From Eledone cirrhosa (lineage: Eukaryota), in assembly GCA_964016885.1 (NCBI GenBank), contig OZ024743.1, positions 110,236,001-110,300,000 of the forward strand: DNA of 64,000 bases. Reading direction: 5' to 3'. Numbering within the stretch: position 1 is the first letter of the stretch; every line of letters starts with the position of its first letter. Made by a program: the position numbers and the translations under genes. A model generated the notes under the pieces. The model had not been told where the DNA came from, made no database searches, and saw only the letters and a list, made by a program, of their open reading frames with translations. Below, one piece after another: positions 55,095-64,000 of the stretch.

Positions 55095-56348
55095 GTGTGT
55101 GTGTGCGCGCGCGTATGTGTGTGTGTGTGCTTGTATGCACTTGTACGTATGCGTTTTTCGAATGTGCGTGTTTATGTGTTTGTCCGTGCGTGTCTCTTGA
55201 CCCACCGTTGTTTCCGACGACGTGCTTTCTAGTTGTGCCAATAACGGAACAACCAGCTCGTAAAATGAACTTGCATGTGCGTGAACAATCTACAGACTCA
55301 TGTACGCTTAACGTATTTCTCAGGGAGTGGCAAAATAGCAGTGCATGACAAACTTAGTATATTGAATTACGAGTACAACACATTACATCCACGTCCGCGA
55401 ACTGGAACAACGCCAAAATATCACATAATACCACAAGGAATCGAACTTCTGGGTTTACGAAAAAGTTGAAGAGCATGACAACTAAGCTTAGCAGCTTTTT
55501 TACATAGTTGCAATACCACAAATTATTTATCATGCAGATACGTTGTGTCACACTCTAATTTAAAACATTGGGAGATGCACAATTTTGTTTTGCGATAGTA
55601 GACAAATCAAAACTTTTGGTTTAATACCCATCACTACTTAATAGACTTTCAAGTGCGTGTTATCCTGATCATTCGGTGAATTTATAACTCGTAAATTTTC
55701 TTAGATGGAAACAAGAAAATTTAAATACGCTGAATAATTCACTCACATCTCTAACATACCTGTTTTCCCATCTAAGCTATATGACAAATATCAAGTTGTC
55801 CAAATACACAAAACACACCACCTATTTTCATCTGTGACACAACTCATGTATCTCGTCCTTTCATGCTACATATCTTACGCTAGATTTTCCCAACAAGCCT
55901 TGAAACATATGATAAACATATATATACAACCAATAATAAAATTTAAGACACTATCACTTTTGGCATCGAGGGTATCTGCCACTATATACTTAACGTTGAC
56001 AACTCTTCTTAAATATTTCAGTCATCCTATGAGAGAACAGTTGCAAAAAATCGGGTAAATTATTGTGGAAGACTGAAAACATGTATAGTAATGCGAGCAA
56101 GTAACAGTAGCCCCACATATCAGAGACGCATGGTGAGTCCATTAACACTTGCGCTAAATTTTAAGAAGCTGTATGAGGGACCATCCTCAAGAATCATTGG
56201 AAATATTACAAATTGGATTCTTAGAAGCTTCAAGATAAACTAATATAAATATAATTCATCATAACATATAGTGAACGACTAATAGAGCATTAATTTACTC
56301 AGGGACAGCCACAGTCAAATTCCAAATTGTTTTCATAGTTCGTAAATC

Positions 56349-56435
<87 letters not shown>

Positions 56436-56738
56436 GTGTGTGTGTGTGTGTAGGTGTATGTTAATTTAAGAGCTATGAAAACTGTGTGTATGTTTGTATG
56501 TGTTTGTGTCTGTATATGGGAGTGTATATAACAAGATGTCCAAGGGGTAAAATCCCGTATTAAAATATCACCTGCAGTTATTGTAGTACGCTAAGGTAGA
56601 TCAATTCCCCGTTCGACCAATTGACACAAGGTTATCCAGGCTAAACATTACTTTAGATTTCAGATTGAAAATACCCAATACTGTATTTAATGGAACAAAA
56701 TATATTTACCAATATATATATATGCACACACACACATG

Positions 56739-56818
<80 letters not shown>

Positions 56819-57002
56819 AAGAACAGGTTAAAGCTTAAGCAAAGAATCGACGCTTTGACACTTAATAGGATCGTCTTAAACTAAAAAAAAATCAATCTGT
56901 GAATATTTGCACTACGGGTTTATATATATATACGTGTATGTGTCTGTCTGTGTTTGCGTGTGTGTGTTTGCATGTGTATGCGTGTATGTGTGTACGTGTG
57001 TA

Positions 57003-57045
<43 letters not shown>

Positions 57046-57051
<6 letters not shown>

Positions 57052-57233
57052 TAGAAAAACGAAAAGTCAGTGATGCATCTGGACTCAGTTTATTGCGTGT
57101 TACAATTGTTTCGCCGTAGAATCAGCTAGATCCATAAAGTGATCATGTCTCGAGCTACCTGCCGGCGAAACAATTGTAACACGCAATAAACTGAGTCCAG
57201 ATGCATCACTCATTTTTCGTTTGTTTATACTAT
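57046..57233. repeat. fold-back (arms ~70 bp) of an HHR 3' half plus tail
   Basis: 57046-57116 is the reverse complement of 57163-57233; cggc-GAAA-caattg-TA-acacg-caataaa. Confidence 0.9.
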
Positions 57234-57464
57234 CCACACTCTCCTTTTTATATTGAGTACTAATTTAGGCATACCGCCTATGGAAGCACCATAGCTACCA
57301 TTATACACACGTATATATATATATATATATATATACATATTATATATTAGTACACATTTATATATATATATATATGTATATATACACATATATGCATATA
57401 CTTCGTATGAGTATTTCTTTTGCAATATTTCATATCTGAAAACATGTGTTGAAACATTGTTATA

Positions 57465-57620
57465 ATTTGGGTGGAAATTGCCTCCAACCAAAACACGAGC
57501 AAACGAAGTGCACAGTACACACCGCACAACAACAATAAGGTGTATGTAGGACCAAACAAAGGAGAGGCCCGATATAATAAATTACTCACGGATGATTCCA
57601 CAATAAACAAATACACTGTT
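57465..57620 (+). mobile_element. degenerate PLE GIY-YIG fragment
   Basis: GGNCLQ...CTV...NKVYVG..G..RYN read across frames. Confidence 0.4.
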
Positions 57621-57649
57621 TATGAAAACAAACAAGATGGCGTCCATGG

Positions 57650-59650
57650 CTTGTGATGGAGAAGATGCAATGGAGTTCAAGAAAGACTGGCAAAACAATT
57701 AATGTGCCTTCACCACCTGGGTGAAGGCACATTACAGGGAGGACAATTTTTGTGATAAAAGATAGAAGTGAGGAGATTGCTGTGAGAAGCTACCACCGTT
57801 TAGCATTTTTGGAAAGTTGTCACTGGGATGTTTGCAGGAAAGAAATATGCTTTTCTATTACAGGAGCGAATACTCCAAGGGAATAAAGGTCCAAGGTGTA
57901 CCATGGGTATTGATAGGACAGTTTTCTCACAAATATATCTATGACAGGGATTGACTTTAAGAAGCCATATGATATGGTAGCCATTCTTAGAATGGTGAAT
58001 GTCTACAGATATTTGGTACTGCTGCTGACAACATCACAAATTTTGCTGAATTGTATGTCAACGTGCAAAACCAAGTTATACACAAACAATGTCTTTCTGA
58101 GAAGTGTAGCATTTAAAAGACCTCTCTTCCAAAATGATTCATTAGCACCGTTACTATTTGTTATAACACTGATAACGATAACACTTACACGCAGAAAAAT
58201 ACAAAGGAGCTACAAATGAGGAAAGCAAGGAACATTCATACACCACCTTCTCTTTATGGATGACTTGAAACTATTTGGGAAGTCCGAAATCAAAATGGAC
58301 TCACTGGTAAAAAAATGTATAGATATGAACTAGTGACATCGGTGTAGAATTTGTGATTTACAAATGCACTGTACTCAACCTGAAAATACTGAAGAAATTA
58401 ACCTAGCCTGTAGTGGAATACAATTGCCATCGGGAGAAACCATGGGCACACAAGAAGATAGTTGCTATATATATTTGGCTATTTTAGAACTAGATGATAT
58501 GATGCACGCAGAATTAAAGAAATGGATAAAAAAGATTTTAGATATACTGCACCCATTATCAGGTGGTCTGAATAAGAAATATCAAAATTGAATGTTAATA
58601 GGATTATACGGGGATTTACACCCTAAAGCAAATATTAATAGACTACACATGAACAGAAAGAATGGAGAATATGCCTCATGTGTGTGGATAATTGTATAAG
58701 GAGTGAAAGGGGAACGCTTGCAGACTATTAGGTAAACAATGATGAAGAGTATTTGCAATATGCAGCAGAATATATGTGTTTAGATGCAGCAAAAATGGTT
58801 GGAAAGGAAGAGTTCAACAAAGGAGCTGAATTGAAAAACTAAGATCTTCTATCAATGAGAATGCATCGTCAATTTGAAAGAAATACACAAGATATCAAGG
58901 AGAAAACAACATCATGTTGATGGCACAAGGTGATTTGAGACGTGACACGGAAAGACTGATAGTTGCAGCCCAGGTCTTAGTTATCGCCAAATATTTGATG
59001 AATTATAAGATCTACAAAATATCTGATATCCAGAAATGCAAGCTCTATGGAGAGATGTAAAATATGTGGCCCACTTAGGATTGTGTATGTGATAGTGTTG
59101 CGGAAAACGAATACAAAAGTGGCCATGATAAAGTCTGTCTTGACATTCATTGTCTTCTCTGTCGTAAATACCAATTTGAAGCCACGAAGATTCGGCTTGT
59201 AATAGGAGGATTGGAAATCAACGATATTCTAGGATTATTATTTTGAAACTGAGAAAGTAATTGAGCATTGCCGACTTGTCATTGACTTATTCAAATACTG
59301 TCAGATCATCGACGTGGATATACCAAATACTATGAACATATAAGTGCGGGAAGTTGACAGTGTAGTTTGCAAGACAATTTGGAATGCAAAAGGGAAATGT
59401 AAATACGATACCAGTTGTGAAATCAGAATTAAGGTCAATCTCGTTGAAATTTCAAAACTTCTTAAAGCGGCTAATAATTGTATACAGGTCAGATGTCATA
59501 AATGCGGCTTTGTTACTCACTACGCAAATTTGAAGGAAAATATCATCTATCTAAGATCCTTTTTGCTACTTGTCAAAAGACTAAATACGCCGGTGCATTA
59601 TCCTTCTGTTGTGTATGAGAAACCAATAATAAAATATTATTAATAATAAT
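57650..59650 (+). mobile_element. decayed R4/Dong-like (RLE-type) non-LTR retrotransposon
   Basis: IDFKKPYDMV, FQNDSLAPLLFVI, HLLFMDDLKLFGK, YIYLAILE, LHPKANINRLHM.RK.G, TERLIVAAQ, HDKV..IH, IIDV.IP; (TAA)n tail; many stops. Confidence 0.85.
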
Positions 59651-59654
59651 GATG

Positions 59655-59770
59655 ACTTCAAACCCCGCTGAGGTTAACTTTGCCTTTCATCCTTACGAGG
59701 TCTATATAATAAAGTACCAGTAATACACTGGGATAATTGCTGGCCTTGTGCCAACAAGTAGAAACAATTA
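59655..59770 (+). mobile_element. 5'-truncated SINE
   Basis: Nin-type core and 3' end. Confidence 0.85.
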
Positions 59771-60743
59771 TTAATAATAAGGATAATAATATCCATCATC
59801 GGAAATTTTAGAATTATACTATAAAAAGTCTCATGTCTTAAGTGTGTAACGTAGCACTTAAAATGGAATATATGCTAGGCAGTAAATGTTTGGCAAGTGC
59901 CCAGTTAGAGAAATTAAACGTTAGTTTTTATTGATAAATTAATAATTATAATTCAATAATGGTAATCATCGGTTTCCTGTTAGAGTATATGTATGTGTAG
60001 TGGATACATATATGTTATTCTTCCGTTTGATGTAGTCTGAAATATAATTAACGAAAGTTCAATATAAATTATATAGTTGCTATATTTATGACAAACAAGT
60101 CATCAATCAACCAATATTTATGATTATATTATTGATGGCTTGACTACAGCTATGGTCATCAACTAGCAGTCAATTTTCCAAGCTGGTTTCGATACTTCAT
60201 TGAAGTTGAAAAATTGCAGTGTTACGGGTAATAGCATATACCAGTAATTTCCATGATTTAAATACAACTGAAACTGTTCCTATTTTATATATCGCGCGTT
60301 CTCTAAAAAAAAACAACAGCAGTATTGCACGTGGATTCAATAGACTAGATATTTGTATTGTACAATAACAATTCTCTGTTCTTAATATCTAATCATAAAT
60401 AGAAGGAAGTACCTATTGCTTCTGCATACCCTTTCATTAAGTGGGGCTTGATATATTTGATGTTACGTTTAAGACTTATGTTCGTATTGAAAAATGTACA
60501 TTATTATTAATATATTACACATGCAGTTCTAGAGATACGGATGGCTGTAATACAGTTCATGCATCAGCACAAATCCATATTTATGTTGCAAGTGAATAGA
60601 ATAAGGGTATTTTGTTAATGATAACGTTTAGATATATGTACTTACACATATTTTTTTCTCTAGATATGTGTTTCCGCCATGTATACACACACACACACGT
60701 ATATATATATATAGAAAAACCACAGACCCTCCATCTCAACTCA

Positions 60744-60781
60744 CCTTTTGAAAAGCAGAAGAACTGCGAAACCGGTAAAGG
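60744..60781 (+). ncRNA. variant hammerhead (U3-A8 core), best-preserved copy
   Basis: cctt-TTGAAAA-gcag aagaa ctgc-GAAA-ccgg-TA-aagg; perfect stems I and II, palindromic stem III. Confidence 0.72.
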
Positions 60782-60911
60782 AACCAAATAAATATATATA
60801 TTTAAAAAAAAAATAAGACTCCAGTTGCATTTTCGATTTCATCTCTTTTTCTTTGTACTTTCAATCGTGTAGGACACCTCGGTTATTTTTCATTTTGTAA
60901 AAATACCTCAC

Positions 60912-60968
<57 letters not shown>

Positions 60969-61096
60969 ATTGACGAGCGTTGTTGTGTGCATTAGCCTAC
61001 GGATCTTTATAGAGTGTCTGTGGACGTACCATATTTTCTTTAACACCCCGGCCTTAATTCAAACTGTACCACCTGAGACTATTATAATAACCCATT

Positions 61097-61235
61097 ATGT
61101 TACGTCCCTTTACGATCTGAGTTCAAATCCCGCCGAGGTTGACTTTGCCTTTCATCGTTACGGGGTCGATAAAATAAAGTACCAGTAATACACTGGTGAT
61201 ATGCTGGCATTGTGCCTAACGTAGAAACAATTATT
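61097..61235 (+). mobile_element. SINE, 5'-truncated
   Basis: B box plus Nin-type core. Confidence 0.88.
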
Positions 61236-62104
61236 ATTAACTCTCAATAAATCAACTAATCAATGAATCAACATCATAACCTCCTAACTTTTCTCTCTTT
61301 CACTCTCTTTCCCTAAATCTATTTCACCTCTTACATCATATCCTATCGTACTCTCCTCACTTCTAACTCAATGCAGCGAACTTCTAACTTCCAATTTATT
61401 AATTTATTAATGTAACCAATACATATATGTATATATTTAGTATGTTCATGTTTATACCATCACATCTTTATATTTTAACCACCAACACTATAATTATTTT
61501 CAACAATCATATTATGTTCACTTTTCTTCGCACACATATAAAAAAGATTTATTTATTTTTTATCATCTTCATTCTAACTTATTTATTATTTATTTATTAT
61601 TTTTTTTCTTTTTCTTTTTTCTTTTTTCTTTTTTCTTTTTTCTTTTTTCTTTTTTCTTTTTTCTTTTTTCTTTTTTCTTTTTTTCTTTTTTCTTTTTATT
61701 CTTTCTTTTTCTCTCTCTGTTTTTCTTTTTGTCTTTTGCTTTCTTTATTACTGATGTTGTAATTTACATTTTCCTAATGTATAATTTTAATTAGTTTCTG
61801 ATGATTTGGTTATGCATACATTGCATTTAAAATTCAGTGACACAACTTCAAGTGATTAGCAATTTTTAGACAACTTAATCAATGAAACAATTGTTAATAT
61901 TGTAAATAAAACCCTTTTTGTACTGTTGACCATGTTATTCTTCACACTTTCACTATTATTACTGCAAGATTAATCTGCATAGGAACCTGAGAACTCACAA
62001 ACTCTCTACCTAGGAAACCTCTTGTTGAGTACGCTAAAAATATCCACAATAAGGTGTATTCACAAGTTCTAACTGATTTAACTATAACAATAATTTGTTA
62101 TCCC

Positions 62105-62137
<33 letters not shown>

Positions 62138-62157
62138 CATGTGTGTGTGTGTGTGTT

Positions 62158-62900
62158 CTCTTCTTCTTTGTACACTTATTCTTGAGAGGGTCGTGGAGGC
62201 AGAGAACTCAAACATTCCATTCAGCGAGTAATGTCCAAAGCAACCTTCTTCAACTGACTCGGCAGGACCCCCAAGCTAGACCTGCCAATCTTATTGATGT
62301 TATACAAGCTTCTTGGTCGGGGTCTACCCCTGTTTCTATGCTAGTTCGTTTTACCTGTAGCATCTGTCCAACAATTTGTTCCTGAGACATTCTAAACCCA
62401 TGCCCATAGCACCGGCGCTGTAATCTCTCAATCCATTCAGAGAAATAGCGTCTCTACCTGGAGTCTCTCTCTGCTCTCCAAGCTACGTACTCTATCGAGT
62501 TACATTACTCAGGAGAACCTTCAGATGAACCAAATTTCAGCGACTCATATTCGCGATCATATTATTTCAGGCATTACCCTAGATTTATGACCAGGAGTAA
62601 GGGTTGACACGACTACCGAATTGAAGATAGCAAGTTTGAATTTTACACCTACCTTCATTCTTCTGATCACCGAATGTTGAAGCTAGCACATTACTATACG
62701 TGCCCTTGCAGTTAAATGCTCCTGCATTCCATCACTCATGAACACGACCCGGAGATACATGAACTTTTCTAGCTGCTTCATTCGAACGTCATTAACATAT
62801 AGAGTGCACTCTATAGGCTTATTTGCGATGACGAATGCCTCTGGTTTCGTAGCATAGATTTTCATTCCAGCAATGCTGCACCAGACATGAAAACTATCAA
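62158..62900 (-). mobile_element. RTE-clade LINE 3' remnant
   Basis: MKIYATKPE, QLEKFMYLRVVF.SDG, AAEI.F..., DRVRS. Confidence 0.75.
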
Positions 62901-62956
<56 letters not shown>

Positions 62957-63084
62957 AGAAGCAAAACATTGCTTATTGTGATCCAGTTGTTGGTTAAGAA
63001 AGCCAGATACATGGATGGTTTCAACGTACAGTTAGAGGTAACTCCACAAAGTTTGTAAGAATTCCGTTCAATATTGGAGTATAA

Positions 63085-63476
63085 AGTATAAAAGAGAAAA
63101 CACAGGTAAACATTAAGAGAAGGATTTTATCCAGGTATTTACGACCGTTTCATTGGTAAGAGTTTGTCACTCTACTTCCTACCTCTTTCCCCTTCCTCTC
63201 TCTCTCTCTATACTAATCCGTTTGTCCCCTCACCTTCTGATTCCTCTCTCTCTATACTAGTAAATACAATTCCAAATAAATGTTTGTCTCTATATATTAA
63301 GAATTATTTCAAGAGTAACTTACTATTTTCAAAATTTGGACTGTGAACAACAATTATAATTAAGTGGCTGTTATTTGCAGTATAGCAATATAAAGTTGCA
63401 CTTACCAATGAAACGGTCGTAAATACCTGGATAAAATCCTTCTCTTAATGCTTACCTGTGTTTTCTCTTTTATACT
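63085..63476. repeat. inverted repeat (76-bp arms, 240-bp spacer) with HHR 3' half
   Basis: 63085-63160 vs 63401-63476, one mismatch; GAAA-cggtcg-TA-aatacc. Confidence 0.9.
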
Positions 63477-63492
63477 ATATATATATATATAC

Positions 63493-63604
<112 letters not shown>

Positions 63605-63610
63605 GTAAAC

Positions 63611-63668
63611 TACTTCTACAGGACTGAGGATTTCATATGAATGAAAGCCTTCTAGTCCTGTTGAAGTA
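63611..63668 (+). ncRNA. hammerhead-like motif with long stem I
   Basis: tacttctacaggaC-TGAGGA-tttc atat gaat-GAAA-gccttc-TA-gtcctgttgaagta; one C short at the stem I/core junction; related scrambled fragment at 52283-52390. Confidence 0.55.
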
Positions 63669-64000
63669 ATTTCTATCTAACATAAGAAATGTCTATAATC
63701 TACCAAACGTATGTTGTACCTATTGTAAGTGGGGTTACCTTCTGACACAACTCGGCAATCAACATATATATATATATATGTGTGTACGTGTGTGCGTGTG
63801 TGTATGTGTGTGTGTTTGTGACGTTTGCAGTTTGGAAAAATAATGGGGCATGTATGATTACCCTGTTTTAGAAATAATTGACAATACATAGCGAGGTGAA
63901 CAAACTTCAGTAAGATTAATCTCATCTTAGCATGATTGAAAGCGTAGGAGGAATTTGTGGAAAATATGATATACATATCTGACTACAGATATTTCATTTT

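Overview
Very AT-rich, microsatellite-dense eukaryotic DNA, intergenic or intronic. The tRNA-derived Nin/Deu-type SINE suggests an octopod cephalopod (inference). I cannot support any host protein-coding gene; most listed ORFs are (TA)n/(TG)n/(GAA)n artefacts. The window is a mosaic of decayed transposons: Penelope-like elements (PLEs; RT and GIY-YIG fragments), an internally deleted Helitron and two non-autonomous Helitrons, R4/Dong-like, RTE and Tx1/L1 LINE remnants, and many SINEs. The main signal, not shown by the ORF track, is RNA structure. I found about 20 type I minimal hammerhead ribozyme (HHR) motifs from many unrelated families, folded by eye. Most have a palindromic stem III and sit at PLE-type 3' ends next to (TA)n. 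Many occur in fold-back inverted repeats (110 bp to 1.56 kb) or in retrozyme-like tandem units. One family carries a compensatory U3-A8 core in all three copies. All structures were read manually and need computational and biochemical confirmation.
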